Shown here piece by piece: positions 17,482 through 27,987 of a stretch of 64,000 nt of DNA (position 1 is its first letter; each line of letters starts with the position of its first letter). A model generated the notes under the pieces. The model worked only from the letters and a program-made list of their open reading frames with translations, was not told the DNA's origin and did no database searches. Origin of the DNA: a virus; IMG/VR virus record IMGVR_UViG_3300048854_000232, positions 96,618-160,617 of that record; one strand, given 5' to 3'. The translations under genes and the position numbers were made by a program.

Positions 17482-18566
17482 AGGTAGGGCAAGATGCCCC
17501 GCTCGATGAACACCATCGCCTCGTCGTACATGTCCGGCGGTAACGCCTTCAACGTGCGATTGAGATCGAACTGACGCAGCCACCGTCGAATCGTGTTCAG
17601 ATACGACTGGTTACGTTGGTTATCGGTGGAGAAGTTCAGCTGGACCAAGAACGAGATCAGTGGCAGCCGTGCCATGACGATCGCCCACTGCAACTGTTGG
17701 GAGAAGGCCATCGCTGGCGGCTGGATCAGATCCCGCACCGTCGAACGGCTACTCAACTGAGGCAGGGCATTCAACATCATGTCGAAGTTCCAGCCGTTGG
17801 TCTCTACCGCTTGTAAGTAATGAGTCAGTGTCTTATCCACCTCGGCCGAGTAATCGGTCAGGTAGAACGGATTGGGGTTCTTCACCTTGGGGAGGTCCAG
17901 GTCGAAGAACTTGTGGATCGTCCGGTTGACAATGGCCCAGTCCAGATAGCTGTAGAGCATGTTCGGTAGCGGGAACATGGTCAGGAACTGCATCACCGAG
18001 CGGGGTGCATCGGGATTGGCCCGGCGGTCGTACTCACGCCACATCCGGTACTGGGAAGCCAGCATGGGAATGTTGATTGTGATCACGGCGTAGCCGCCCT
18101 CGACGCTGTGATGCTTGCCATCGGGCAGTGCGAGGTTCAACTCGGTCTTGGGATGGTAGAGCACTTCAATCGGACGCAGTGTGTGCCACTGGTCTTTCAG
18201 GAGGCTGGTGTCGTAGCTGTCGATGGTGGCAATTAGGATCTCGCGGATGTCCGGACCAAAGAACACCCCCGGGTCAAACACGTGGCCCTTGGACAGCGCG
18301 GAGGTCATCTTCAGACTCATCGCCAAGTTCAAGGCCTGGTCGGTCACCTTGTCGTTATAGATGTCGTAAGGCATCGACAGCGGCACGTTGAGCGAACCCA
18401 GTAGTTTGACCAGGAAGTGCGAACCGTTCAAGCCGTGGGGGTTGTTCTCGTGGTAGGTGATAACCTGCTGCACGGACCGTTGCAGGCCCAGCTGTGCATG
18501 GTTAAACTCCGGGAAGAGGATGCTGGCACCCAACGCACGGATCTGAGCCTGAAACAACTGGTACAT
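17475..18566 (-). CDS. Conserved chimallivirus protein divergent from chmA (phiKZ gp52-like by position)
   Basis: 363 aa with GGAG RBS; minus-strand TATG upstream at ~18608-18611; synteny. Confidence 0.8.
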   Translation of the reverse strand: MYQLFQAQIRALGASILFPEFNHAQLGLQRSVQQVITYHENNPHGLNGSHFLVKLLGSLNVPLSMPYDIYNDKVTDQALNLAMSLKMTSALSKGHVFDPGVFFGPDIREILIATIDSYDTSLLKDQWHTLRPIEVLYHPKTELNLALPDGKHHSVEGGYAVITINIPMLASQYRMWREYDRRANPDAPRSVMQFLTMFPLPNMLYSYLDWAIVNRTIHKFFDLDLPKVKNPNPFYLTDYSAEVDKTLTHYLQAVETNGWNFDMMLNALPQLSSRSTVRDLIQPPAMAFSQQLQWAIVMARLPLISFLVQLNFSTDNQRNQSYLNTIRRWLRQFDLNRTLKALPPDMYDEAMVFIERGILPYLT

Positions 18567-18767
18567 ACGGGCTCCCAGGGCACGTGAATGAGGATACAGA
18601 AAGGGGTCATACTATCGACCCACCCCATCCAGAGCGAGGCGTCAGTAAATTCTTACTCGGTTGGGACTATGTTATAGAGACTACACGGTCTCACCGTCCA
18701 GGGCCTAGCCCCGGACACCCCTGGACCTTATACCTAAATTCGGTGAAATGCGTTGGGATTCAAAAGG

Positions 18768-18785
18768 ATTTCAGACGCATATTAC
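18768..18785 (+). promoter_or_regulatory. Putative early promoter of chmA (ATTTCAGACGCATATTAC)
   Basis: Best match to the motif; contains ATATTAC like the phiKZ early promoter. Confidence 0.7.
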
Positions 18786-18857
18786 CTTCTTGACATGGCA
18801 GAATGATTCTGCATGTTCGCGCGAACACAACGTTACAAAAACCTCGAGGACAAAGAC

Positions 18858-20825
18858 ATGACGGTTTCCAAGCCCGGCGATAACGGCAACAACTCCAACG
18901 AATCCCAGAAGGGTAGCACGATGAACGAAGCTTTCGACAGCACCAAGGCCGCCGGCTCGGTTGGCAATGGCGAGCAGGCCCAGGCTGGACGCAGCCAGCG
19001 CACTGCAGGCGCCGCTCCCAACGCCCAGGCTCGCCGCAGCCCGCGCCAGTTCACGGTGATGGACATCAACTCGCAGTTCGGCCGTCCGATCTCGCGTCGT
19101 TCGTCCGGCGAAGCCGTCCAGGCCTTCGAGAAGGCGTTCCGCAAGGAAATCGACGCCTCGATGGGCGACAACTACAAGGACAGCTTCAGCCTCCACGTCC
19201 TGAACAACGCCACGAACCAGACCCTCCTTTCCTCGATCCTCGTCGTCCTGGCTGTCCAGGCCGCCGACGGTACCACCCACGGCCTCGTGTTCAACCTGAT
19301 CGTCGAAGGTTCGGGCAGCCGCCGCGACAACAAGACCATCAACATCAACGGCCAGAACGTTGAGATCGAATGGGTGCCGGGCGACGTCGCCAGCGACAAG
19401 ATCCTCTGGGACAAGATCACCCTCCTGCTGAACGATGCGTTCGGCCGCGAGATGGTCCTGCATTACACCGGCGCGATGGTCCTGCCGACCACGCTCTCCT
19501 CGGAAGACAGCGACCACATCCACCGCATCATGCATGCCACCACCCAGGCCCTGTTCACGGCCATGGAAACCGAAGTCACCGAAGACGAAGTGGCGATCTC
19601 GGTCCGCATGATCGACAACAACGCGCAGATCTCGGCGAACCTCGACTACATGCCGGCGCCGATGACCAACGTGGTCGGCCAGCCGGTCCGTAACGACCTG
19701 CAGATCACGCTCAAGGGCCAGATGGTCGGTACCGCACAGCAGGGTTACGGCGACGTGCCGATCGACCTGACCCGTGCCGCCGGCTTCATCGACCTCACCT
19801 ACGCCGAGAAGCCGACCCCGGTCTTCGGTCAGCCGCCGGTGACCCAGAGCTACTACCCGCGTGTCGTCCTCACCCACCTCGATTCCGAAGTGGATGCGAT
19901 GACGCCCGAGCTGCAGATCCTGGGCCTGTCCACCACCACGCTCCTGGCTCGCCAGATGCAGTGGGGTGCCGCCTTCGCACCGCGTTACGGCCTGAACACC
20001 GTCCGTGACCTGCGCGACATCGGCGCCATCGGCTACGAAGTCAACCTCTCGCCCGACCCGAACGCCAAGCCGGAGCGCCTGGATACCAAGTCGCAGGCCT
20101 TCGGTCTGCCGCAGCTGGCCCAGGTCCTGGGCGTGGCCGTGTTCGACTCGCTGATCTTCTCGCTCGATATCGAAGAGACCGGCGAGATGTCCTGGCTCCA
20201 GCAGGTGTTCCTGGCAGCTTCTCGCGGCAACACCGACGCCTACGCGGCGATCGTCGATGCCACGAACAACCTGACCGACCACCAGTTCGGCCGCATCTGG
20301 CAAGGTGGCGCGATCGTCATCGACGACGAGAATCGTATCCCGCTCGGCTGGTACAAGGGCGAAGACGGCAACCTGCACGACCTGCGTGACATCGACTACC
20401 TCGCCATGCTCAACCTGTACGGCGACAAGGACATGTCCGTGGTTACGGCCTGGTCCGACACGTTCCTCAACAAGGCCATCCCGGAGCCGGTCCGTCTCGA
20501 GCAGCGTCTGCGTATCCTGAAGGGCGTCCTCCTGGGCTCCGACTTCAAGGTCACGGGCTTCGCTCAGCGCGTCAACTTCGCTCCGGAGTTCCTGATTGCT
20601 GTCGCGACCGCCTGCGCTTCGGCCGGTCTCGCCATCCGTCAGACGAACGTCTTCGCCGCCTTCACGGGCCAGGGCGGTCGTGGTGCCTTCGCCGGCAGCC
20701 AGCTCGGTCTGCAGGGTCAGCAGGTGAACGCAATGTTCTCCTACGGCGCCCAGGGTGCGGGTTACGGTGCGTTCCGCGGCTTCAACGCCCCGGCGTACGG
20801 TCGCTTCAGCGGCGGCAACGTCTAA
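18858..20825 (+). CDS. chmA: Chimallin, major phage nuclear shell protein
   Basis: ~655 aa with extreme high-expression codon bias, disordered N-terminus and G/F-rich C-tail; directly upstream of the nvRNAP beta' N-subunit (phiKZ gp54-gp55 synteny); GAGGA RBS. Confidence 0.88.
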   Translation: MTVSKPGDNGNNSNESQKGSTMNEAFDSTKAAGSVGNGEQAQAGRSQRTAGAAPNAQARRSPRQFTVMDINSQFGRPISRRSSGEAVQAFEKAFRKEIDASMGDNYKDSFSLHVLNNATNQTLLSSILVVLAVQAADGTTHGLVFNLIVEGSGSRRDNKTININGQNVEIEWVPGDVASDKILWDKITLLLNDAFGREMVLHYTGAMVLPTTLSSEDSDHIHRIMHATTQALFTAMETEVTEDEVAISVRMIDNNAQISANLDYMPAPMTNVVGQPVRNDLQITLKGQMVGTAQQGYGDVPIDLTRAAGFIDLTYAEKPTPVFGQPPVTQSYYPRVVLTHLDSEVDAMTPELQILGLSTTTLLARQMQWGAAFAPRYGLNTVRDLRDIGAIGYEVNLSPDPNAKPERLDTKSQAFGLPQLAQVLGVAVFDSLIFSLDIEETGEMSWLQQVFLAASRGNTDAYAAIVDATNNLTDHQFGRIWQGGAIVIDDENRIPLGWYKGEDGNLHDLRDIDYLAMLNLYGDKDMSVVTAWSDTFLNKAIPEPVRLEQRLRILKGVLLGSDFKVTGFAQRVNFAPEFLIAVATACASAGLAIRQTNVFAAFTGQGGRGAFAGSQLGLQGQQVNAMFSYGAQGAGYGAFRGFNAPAYGRFSGGNV

Positions 20826-20855
20826 TCTGATCTGCAACGGATCAGTAGTAAGATG

Positions 20856-20893
20856 AGGAGAGAGTAGCCCTTCGGGGCTACTCTTTCTTTTTT
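20856..20893 (+). terminator. Strong intrinsic terminator
   Basis: AGAGTAGCCC-TTCG-GGGCTACTCT followed by a T tract. Confidence 0.85.
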
Positions 20894-20990
20894 GCCCGAG
20901 ACTCAGTAAAACCTTCCATGGCTCCCTGTACGTATGGGTAGGCTCAACGGCCTGGCCGCACACACGCCCAATAACAAAGCGAGACCACCC

Positions 20991-22223
20991 ATGGCCCTTC
21001 ATCTGGAAATCGTCGACTTCGACGAGATGTATCACACCTCCAGCATTGCCCCGACGCTACTCAATGCGTTCAACATCGATTCGGAAGAGGATAAGGAGCG
21101 GCTGAACAAGCAGATCTACACCTCCTACGAAGGCGATTCGCTGGAAGTGCTACCCTCGTGCGAATGCGGCAATCTTCGTGGTGAGTATAACGTCGACATC
21201 CCGTGTCCGATCTGCAATACCCAAGTCATGTCCGTGACCGAGCGGCCTCTGGAAGCCACCTTGTGGATGGCTCCGCCCAAAGGGGTTCTTCGGTTCATCA
21301 ATCCCCAGGTGTGGGCGATCCTGTCCAACGCCTTGACCTACGCCGGTTCGGATCTGCTGGAGTATCTGGTCAACCCCAGTTACCAGCTGCCGCCCAACCA
21401 GCCCAAGGCCGCCAAGAAGCTCCTCACGCTGGATCTGGAGCGGGGGATCAATTACTTCTACACCCATTTCGATCACGTGATGGGCATGCTGTTCCAGAAC
21501 GGCATCATCAACGGAACCCGTCAGGCGCGTGATAACCTGAAGACGTTCCTGAGCATCTACCGTGACCGACTGTTCTGTCAGTGGATGCCGATTCCGTCCA
21601 AGCTGGGTTTCATCACCGAGCAGACCGTCACCGGCACCTACGCCGATCCGACGATCAAGGACGCGATCGATGCCATCCGTACGATCTCGGCCACGGAAAA
21701 CGCCGTGCTGCCGTTGTCGTTGCGGACCCGTCAGTCCCGTGCGATGAAAGCCAACGCGCTGCTGTCCAACTACCACCAGCAATTCGTCGCGGTGTCGTTG
21801 GGCGGTAAGTTCGGCTGGTTCCGTAAGCACGTGTTCGGTTCCCGTTCGCACTTCACCATGCGTGCGGTGATTACCTCGTTGTCGGAGAACCATGACCGTC
21901 GCGAGTGTCACCTGCCGTGGTCGGTGTCGGTGATGGCCTACAAGGTCCATCTGACCAGCAAGTTGATCAAGCGCGGCTTCACACCGGGCGAGGCTAACAA
22001 GCTGCTCAACGAGAACACCCGGAAGTACCACCCGCTGCTGGATGAGTTGTTCCAGGAACTGATTGCCGAGTGCCTGCACATGGGCTTGCCGATCATCTTG
22101 CAACGTAACCCGTCGCTGCAGCGTGGTTCGGCGCAGTTGTTCTACGTGACGAAAATCAAGACCGATCCGAACATCAACACGATCAGCATGTCCACGCTGA
22201 CCCTCAAAGCACCCAACGCGGAT
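20991..22223 (+). CDS. Non-virion RNAP beta' N-terminal subunit (phiKZ gp55-like), exon 1
   Basis: Zn finger CECG…CPIC; RKHVFGSR, RAVI and QRNPSL motifs; ends at …APNAD. Confidence 0.92.
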
Positions 22224-22644
22224 GAACTTCAGTCCCGTCCATCAGTAATGGTGGAATGAAAATTTCCCTAATTGCTGGGAAGTCTCTTGACCCCTACCGC
22301 CACAACGTAACTCGAAAGAGTAGACGTGACCACCAGGCGTAAAAAGCGTAGTAAACTCCCTTAGGACCAATGCGGGTCCTTTGTGAGCGGAGACAATCAG
22401 CAGCCAAGCATCTTAGGTCGCCTCTCAGCGACGATGATGAAGGTTCAACGACTAGCCGTAAGGCGTAGATTCCAAAGTGGAATCGAAATGGGAAAGAGCC
22501 ATCGGAGAAATGCCTACATGCCCCGAGCGTGTAGTTCGATGGTCCAAGATATAGTCTGGTCTCTACGGTGACGTAGAGGAGTGGTGGGTTTCTCCCCTGT
22601 AACCCATACACCGGTTAGGTTAACGCCCTAACTGAACACATACG
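22224..22644 (+). mobile_element. Group I self-splicing intron, 421 nt, no homing endonuclease ORF
   Basis: The 5' exon ends in U and the intron ends in G. Core elements P (AATTGCTGGGAAG), Q (AATCAGCAGCC), R (GTTCAACGACTA) and S (AAGATATAGTCT) occur in order. Removal restores NADFDGD in frame. Confidence 0.93.
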
Positions 22645-22827
22645 TTCGATGGCGATGCTTTGAATGTTTTGATCTTGCTCGATGAGCGCATGCATGAACG
22701 AGCCACCCGCTTGGATCCGAAGCTTGGCGTACTGGACCTGAAGGCCCCGCGCAAGCTGTCGAAGAACATCATCCTCCCGCCACCCGTGGTTGCCACGATC
22801 AGCGGTTGGGTCCACGGCGGTAAGTAA
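22645..22827 (+). CDS. nvRNAP beta' N-terminal subunit, exon 2 (FDGDALNVLILLDERM…VHGGK*)
   Basis: Completes the catalytic DFDGD motif; 60 codons; not in the ORF track. Confidence 0.92.
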   Translation, partial: FDGDALNVLILLDERMHERATRLDPKLGVLDLKAPRKLSKNIILPPPVVATISGWVHGGK

Positions 22828-22888
22828 CGCATAAGCGGCGGACCTACGGGTCCGCCGTGTTTGCACCTTCAGACACTTGGGAAGCCTT

Positions 22889-23287
22889 ATGTTTGATACC
22901 GTGACATATTTCGGATCGAAAGGCCCGCGTTTGCCGCCCGCTATGGGACCGGCGTTGACTCTCCTGGACATGAGCCTGTCCGAAAAACTCTTCCAGATCC
23001 CCGAGTACCAGTTGTTCGACCGCCAGGGTCAGAACGAGGTGTGGGAACTGGTCAATGCCCCGTTCGAAACCTACAAGCGCCTGCTCTACGAGCACCGCGG
23101 CGGGAGCATGTTCTCCACCTGGAACATCTACGCACCAACCCCTGAGCTGACGCGCCTCTACGAGGTGCTCAAGCGTTCGCGCTTCCAGACCGTCAATCCG
23201 TTCATCAAGTTGCGCCAGAAGATCGTCGACGAACTGTATCGCACGGTTCCGATCACCTTCGGCCTGTCCAATGCCACGTTGCATTAA
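22889..23287 (+). CDS. Hypothetical protein (start uncertain)
   Basis: Typical codons, especially after 22970. Confidence 0.6.
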   Translation: MFDTVTYFGSKGPRLPPAMGPALTLLDMSLSEKLFQIPEYQLFDRQGQNEVWELVNAPFETYKRLLYEHRGGSMFSTWNIYAPTPELTRLYEVLKRSRFQTVNPFIKLRQKIVDELYRTVPITFGLSNATLH

Positions 23288-23359
23288 TTCCTGAGCGGAG
23301 AGGCCTTCGGGTCTCTCCGCTTCTTCCCCCAAACTCAATACGTTTCAAGGATCCAGACC

Positions 23360-23716
23360 GTGAAATGGTACATTCTCAACCGCAGCACCCTGAACCTCAT
23401 CGACCTGGGTGTGGATTTGCTCGACGCCAATGGCAGCAATGCCACGGTGCTGTGCGATGCAGCCGAACCCTACATGTACGTGGCCATGATTGACGAGTCC
23501 ACGCGCGAGCGTTGGCTGAACGAGGTGCGTAACAACCAGCACCCCGACGCTTGGTTCTCTCGCGACCACGACATCCTGATCTACGTCGGCAACTACCCCG
23601 ACCACGAACGGGCCGTCGACGGTGCCCGTCAGAAGAACGAGGAGCTGTGCACCCAGAACGATCTGGCAGACAACCTCATGCCGATGTCCACCGTCGCCCA
23701 GTGGTTGGTCGACTAA
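23360..23716 (+). CDS. Hypothetical protein
   Basis: AAGGA RBS and GTG start. Confidence 0.7.
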   Translation: MKWYILNRSTLNLIDLGVDLLDANGSNATVLCDAAEPYMYVAMIDESTRERWLNEVRNNQHPDAWFSRDHDILIYVGNYPDHERAVDGARQKNEELCTQNDLADNLMPMSTVAQWLVD

Positions 23717-23755
23717 GCTTTCCCCATTCCCTTCCATCTTGACAAGGAGTTTCCC

Positions 23756-24241
23756 ATGGCTAGCATCCAACCGTTTCTTTCCACCAGCGTCCGCATGACT
23801 GAGCGTGTCGAGCACGCGATGAGCCGCCGCTTCGGCTTTGGCCTGCGTCTGGCCATCTTCGAAAACCACGACCAGGAAGACTACTTCACCATCGCGTTGG
23901 GTAACGCGGCCTTTCTGGCCGGGATCCAGGACCTCCTGGCCGACGAAGAGCCCGATCCGACCGAGTACGCCGATGCCAAGGCGCTCCTCAACCGTGAATG
24001 GGTCCCGGCCGTCATGGGTGCCCCGACGCTGAAGATCGCGCATCTGATGCTGGCCAAGAAGTTGAACCAGATGACGGAGAAAGGCTTCAACCAGTTGCCG
24101 CACGTCATCGGGGAGGTCATGGAACGCTACTGGACGGACCTGGATGGGAACATTCCGTTGGGTGCTGATCGCCGCCCTGTCCCCGGCACGGGCTGGGCGG
24201 AATACACCGTCGACGACTTCCTCCTCAATCACAATCGATAA
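23756..24241 (+). CDS. Hypothetical protein
   Basis: AAGGAG RBS. Confidence 0.75.
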   Translation: MASIQPFLSTSVRMTERVEHAMSRRFGFGLRLAIFENHDQEDYFTIALGNAAFLAGIQDLLADEEPDPTEYADAKALLNREWVPAVMGAPTLKIAHLMLAKKLNQMTEKGFNQLPHVIGEVMERYWTDLDGNIPLGADRRPVPGTGWAEYTVDDFLLNHNR

Positions 24242-24250
24242 GGATTCCCC

Positions 24251-25012
24251 ATGTCCGAGCACAAAACGCTCCCGCTCTACGGCGCCCGTCTGGCGAACAG
24301 CCTGCGGGCCATTTTGCCCTTCGCCGAGAACGAGGTCGATGGGTTGTACAATGCCGAACGCCGGGATAAGGAAGACCTGGGCGCTTCCACGGCTAGTGCC
24401 GCCCTGGACCTCGCCAGAGGCGCGCTGAGCGCCTTCGAACAGGTCCAGGTGGCAATGGACCGTCTGCAGCGCTATCCCGGCATGAGCCCGGAGGAAGCGG
24501 CCAGGCACTACCTGGAAACTCATGGCACGAACATCCTCCAGGCCATGCAGACGGCTCGGGAACATGCCAAGCACAGCGACATCGAGCACAACGATGCCAG
24601 CTACTGGGATCATGAGCTGAAAGCGCTGGACGAAGCGGTGGCGGTGGTTGAACCGCAGACCCCGGAACAGCGCCTGATCAAGATCCTGATGGACCCGGCG
24701 AACATCTTCGTACGCACCGAGTCGGCTTCCACCGCCAAGGACATCGACTACCTCGACAACACCATCGTCAACCTGCTGGCCTTGGCCGACGACGTCGAGC
24801 AGATCGAGAAGTTCAAGCACCATCTGGAAGCGGGTAAGTTCCGCCATCGCTTGTCGTTCATCTATGCCCTGCTCGAAGACTCCAAGGAGATGGTGGTCTA
24901 CCGGTTGGGCTACGGTGCCACCCTGAAGGAAGCGCTGACGATGTACGAGGATACTCCGCCAGTCAGGACTTCCAAAACTTCCACCCGTCCGACCCAGGAG
25001 CCCGACGCATGA
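24251..25012 (+). CDS. Hypothetical protein
   Basis: AAGGA RBS; helical composition. Confidence 0.75.
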   Translation: MSEHKTLPLYGARLANSLRAILPFAENEVDGLYNAERRDKEDLGASTASAALDLARGALSAFEQVQVAMDRLQRYPGMSPEEAARHYLETHGTNILQAMQTAREHAKHSDIEHNDASYWDHELKALDEAVAVVEPQTPEQRLIKILMDPANIFVRTESASTAKDIDYLDNTIVNLLALADDVEQIEKFKHHLEAGKFRHRLSFIYALLEDSKEMVVYRLGYGATLKEALTMYEDTPPVRTSKTSTRPTQEPDA

Positions 25013-25689
25013 GTGACACTATCAAGTCCTGGAAAGCTGCTCAACCGCAGTTGGAGCGCGCCCTGGAATTGAGTGCCCTGGCTCAGGTAAGCCTCAGCAT
25101 CCACTTCCAAGAGCACGACTATAATTGGACGATAGAGATAAAATCAGCGGCCCCGTCGGAGAATTATTTCACCCGCGATGGCGTGCTAGACTCGCGGTTG
25201 GAATTGGTCCTGGAGCATTTGGAGCGAATCCAGCCGCTCTCGGCTAAATCGCAGGCGGACCAAAGCCGTGAAAGTTTTGAGAACCAGGTCTGCGACATCT
25301 ATCAGCGTGCCTACATACACCACACACTGGGCTGGGATTCCCCGGAAGAATACAAAGAGTTCTGGCGCAACCATACGGACCTAGCCGTTCAGATCTCGAA
25401 CGCTTTCATGCAGGTGAACTTTAACCCCCAAACGGCCGATCTGTTAAAGTTGAAGGTTCAGCAGGTGGGGAATATCGTCGGTGACTTTTACCGGCGAGAA
25501 GCCTTGCGGGTCTGGGGACTCCTTCTGCGAAGTGCCGTAGACCGCGAACCGGTTTTCGCCTTTGGCAGTCTTACCCCAACCGTCAGCTCGCAAGACATGG
25601 ACCCCGAGCTCCACAAGCTTTGGAGTCTGGGAATGACCTCTGAAAGTTTGATTGAGATGCGTAAAGAGGCCCCTCCCGTAATTCCTTAA
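25009..25689 (+). CDS. Hypothetical protein
   Basis: AGGAG RBS and ATGA overlap; codon usage less biased than core genes. Confidence 0.7.
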   Translation: MSDTIKSWKAAQPQLERALELSALAQVSLSIHFQEHDYNWTIEIKSAAPSENYFTRDGVLDSRLELVLEHLERIQPLSAKSQADQSRESFENQVCDIYQRAYIHHTLGWDSPEEYKEFWRNHTDLAVQISNAFMQVNFNPQTADLLKLKVQQVGNIVGDFYRREALRVWGLLLRSAVDREPVFAFGSLTPTVSSQDMDPELHKLWSLGMTSESLIEMRKEAPPVIP

Positions 25690-25694
25690 AAGGG

Positions 25695-25712
25695 ATTTGA
25701 AACCTACACTAT
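25695..25712 (+). promoter_or_regulatory. Putative early promoter (ATTTGAAACCTACACTAT)
   Basis: Matches the recurring motif. Confidence 0.55.
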
Positions 25713-25831
25713 CCAGATGTAGGACCTGGTAGGATGGTGCGTGTCAGCAAAAACCGCGGTGTTTACCGTCAATTTCTACCTCGCACCACCTTTCTATGGT
25801 AGAAGATCTAACGCAGAGGAATCGCACTCTC

Positions 25832-26470
25832 ATGGCACAAATCATCGACGGAGGGAACTTGATGTTTAAGTCCCTCATGTATGGTCGACCTCACCCGGGC
25901 ACCATGCAGTTCATCGAGAACCAAATGGGTTACATGTCCCAGTCGCTCTCGGATGCGGGCCGTCGGTTCGTGGAAGAAGCCCAGAACATGTATGCGCATC
26001 TGGAATCCAGTAACGCCATGCGCGCCATCCGTTCTGTGGGTCGGGCCGTCCGTAGCTTGTGGCAGTTGGACGAAATCCGTGAACTGAATGACATTGGCCA
26101 GCTCCAGCATGCACCGCTCACGATGCAGCGCTGGGTCATGGCTCAACCGCAAATCCGTTCGTTGTTCCACCAGCAGCGTCTTGACGGCTACTCCGATTCG
26201 TACGTGGATCTCGCTCCGGGCCAGATTGGCGAGGAACACTATGACTACCGTCGCGTTATGGACGGTATGGTGGTGGTAGACGAAACGCCGGATGAGTCTG
26301 GCGAGTTCGGCTGGACGGCGACGACGTACTTGGAAGAGCTCCTTCCGGAAGACAGTGATCTGATGCTCGATGAGCAGCAGGACATCCTGGCAACCTGGGG
26401 ACATCTGCTGAGCTCGCTCGAACGCGGAAAAGAAGACCCCACCAGCAAGTACAACGCTGATCTGGGTTAA
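25832..26470 (+). CDS. Conserved chimallivirus protein (phiKZ gp59-like by position)
   Basis: GAGGA RBS; QRWVMAQP…LDGYSD…HYDYRRVMDG…EDPTS pattern typical of this core gene. Confidence 0.7.
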   Translation: MAQIIDGGNLMFKSLMYGRPHPGTMQFIENQMGYMSQSLSDAGRRFVEEAQNMYAHLESSNAMRAIRSVGRAVRSLWQLDEIRELNDIGQLQHAPLTMQRWVMAQPQIRSLFHQQRLDGYSDSYVDLAPGQIGEEHYDYRRVMDGMVVVDETPDESGEFGWTATTYLEELLPEDSDLMLDEQQDILATWGHLLSSLERGKEDPTSKYNADLG

Positions 26471-26551
26471 CCTGGTTGGGAGCCCCTCCGGGGGCTCCCG
26501 CTCTAACCCACCATTCTTTTTGATAGCCTAGTGGGCGGGTGGGAGTACCCA

Positions 26552-26767
26552 ATGAAGAAACAGAAACTTAGCGCTGCCATCCGTCAGGAGTTAGGCACAG
26601 CGCTGGATCGTGTCCAGCAGCATCTGGAAGGCGCCAACGCGACCATCATGGGTGCGGTGGGCGAGTCCATCAAGAACGGCGATCCGGTGCAGTTCACCTG
26701 CACGATCGAGAACGGGGAAGTCACCCTGGCCTGTGGTCCGGTCAAGCACAAATTCAAAGATCGCTAA
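26552..26767 (+). CDS. Small hypothetical protein
   Basis: GGAG RBS. Confidence 0.65.
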   Translation: MKKQKLSAAIRQELGTALDRVQQHLEGANATIMGAVGESIKNGDPVQFTCTIENGEVTLACGPVKHKFKDR

Positions 26768-26777
26768 GGAGCGAGAG

Positions 26778-27185
26778 ATGACCATCCCGGTACCTACACT
26801 CACCGCGTCTGGGTGGGTGACTAGTCTCGCTGAGAAAGCTGATTCGCTCATGGCGTATTACTTCAGTAGCGACTTTTCGCAGTCCAACACTTTCAAGGGC
26901 TACATTACTGCGCTGGCCAAGCAGATCCAGCAGCATGGGAATGACCCGCAAGACCTGGAGCGTTTCGTCACCGACGAGATGCAAACCTACTTCGGTCGGT
27001 ATTTTGATACCGTGACGGTTAATGTAACGACGGACCTTCCTTCACCGACGGATCCCACGCGCCTTAATCTCACCACGAGTGTCATCGTGACAGAGAACGG
27101 TCAGAACTACAGCCTCGGTCGTTTGATCGAAACGCTGAACGGAAAGATCGCTCGGATTACGAAGATCAACAACTCACCGAACTGA
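26778..27185 (+). CDS. Conserved chimallivirus protein (MTIPVPTLTASGWV…)
   Basis: AAGGAG RBS; position in the core block. Confidence 0.75.
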   Translation: MTIPVPTLTASGWVTSLAEKADSLMAYYFSSDFSQSNTFKGYITALAKQIQQHGNDPQDLERFVTDEMQTYFGRYFDTVTVNVTTDLPSPTDPTRLNLTTSVIVTENGQNYSLGRLIETLNGKIARITKINNSPN

Positions 27186-27198
27186 TATAGGGAAGACC

Positions 27199-27897
27199 AT
27201 GCCGAACATCGACCCCCGCCTCCTTGCTGCTCAGCCCGCTCCTACTCGCCCTGCCCTGCGGGCCGTGGGCGTACCGACCCCGGACGTTCCGGTCAATCGG
27301 GAGCTGGACGAAGCCACCAAGAATGCCATGGCGGGCATCATCTCCAAGATCGAACAGCTGCGTCGGGACATCACCTCCACGGTGAGCAGTCGCGAGTACC
27401 AGGGTAAGTTGGTCGAGCAGATCCTCGCCGCCGACTCGTTCAACGAAGTCGTCGAAAGCAAGATGGTTCCGGTGCACCAGCGACTGGATCGCATCGAACA
27501 GCTGCTGGGCGAACTGCTCGGCCAGGGCGAACCGCAGCCAGCCGACGACGTGGCGCGCATCATCGGCTTCCGCATCACCCTGCACAACGAGCAGTCCGAG
27601 GCAGCGTCCTACCAGGCCCTGCGTCACGGTGCCAACCACCCGACCGACCCGGACGGCGTGGAACTGTACGTCGACGACGATGGGCACGGCCACTGGCACA
27701 TACAGCAGATCTCGACCCTGGTCCGCGATGCCCTGCGTGAAGCCTTCGACGCCGTGCAGACCCAGCCCGAGCAGCGCTACTGGTGCGAGATCATCCAGCT
27801 GACCGATCGGCCGGTGAACGAGGCCAGCGTGAAGGTCACTCCAGCAACGCCGCTTCCCACGGTGCGTCCGCACGTGCACAAGTCGTCGAGCTACTAA
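27199..27897 (+). CDS. Hypothetical protein with coiled-coil N-half
   Basis: RBS and typical codons. Confidence 0.75.
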   Translation: MPNIDPRLLAAQPAPTRPALRAVGVPTPDVPVNRELDEATKNAMAGIISKIEQLRRDITSTVSSREYQGKLVEQILAADSFNEVVESKMVPVHQRLDRIEQLLGELLGQGEPQPADDVARIIGFRITLHNEQSEAASYQALRHGANHPTDPDGVELYVDDDGHGHWHIQQISTLVRDALREAFDAVQTQPEQRYWCEIIQLTDRPVNEASVKVTPATPLPTVRPHVHKSSSY

Positions 27898-27987
27898 GAC
27901 CAATCTCCTCCCAGCTCCACCGCCCTAATCCGCACCTGACTGGGCGGTGGGGCGGTGGCATCCTCCCTATTTCCAAGGTATGTATCC

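Noticed and set aside
18771-21035. 754-aa minus-strand ORF, and similar long antisense ORFs at 32035-34527, 55495-57114, 23345-24847, 49021-50508 and 46191-47660
   Set aside because: These are shadow frames of GC-rich, codon-biased genes on the opposite strand, with no RBS or recognisable motifs.
20934-22259. Apparent truncated or pseudogenised RNAP subunit ending NADELQSRPSVMVE
   Set aside because: Explained by the group I intron; exon 2 restores the catalytic motif.
22294-22611. Small ORFs inside the intron (22383-22571 +, 22294-22611 -) as a homing endonuclease
   Set aside because: They are too short, overlap the catalytic core elements, and have no HNH, GIY-YIG or LAGLIDADG motif.
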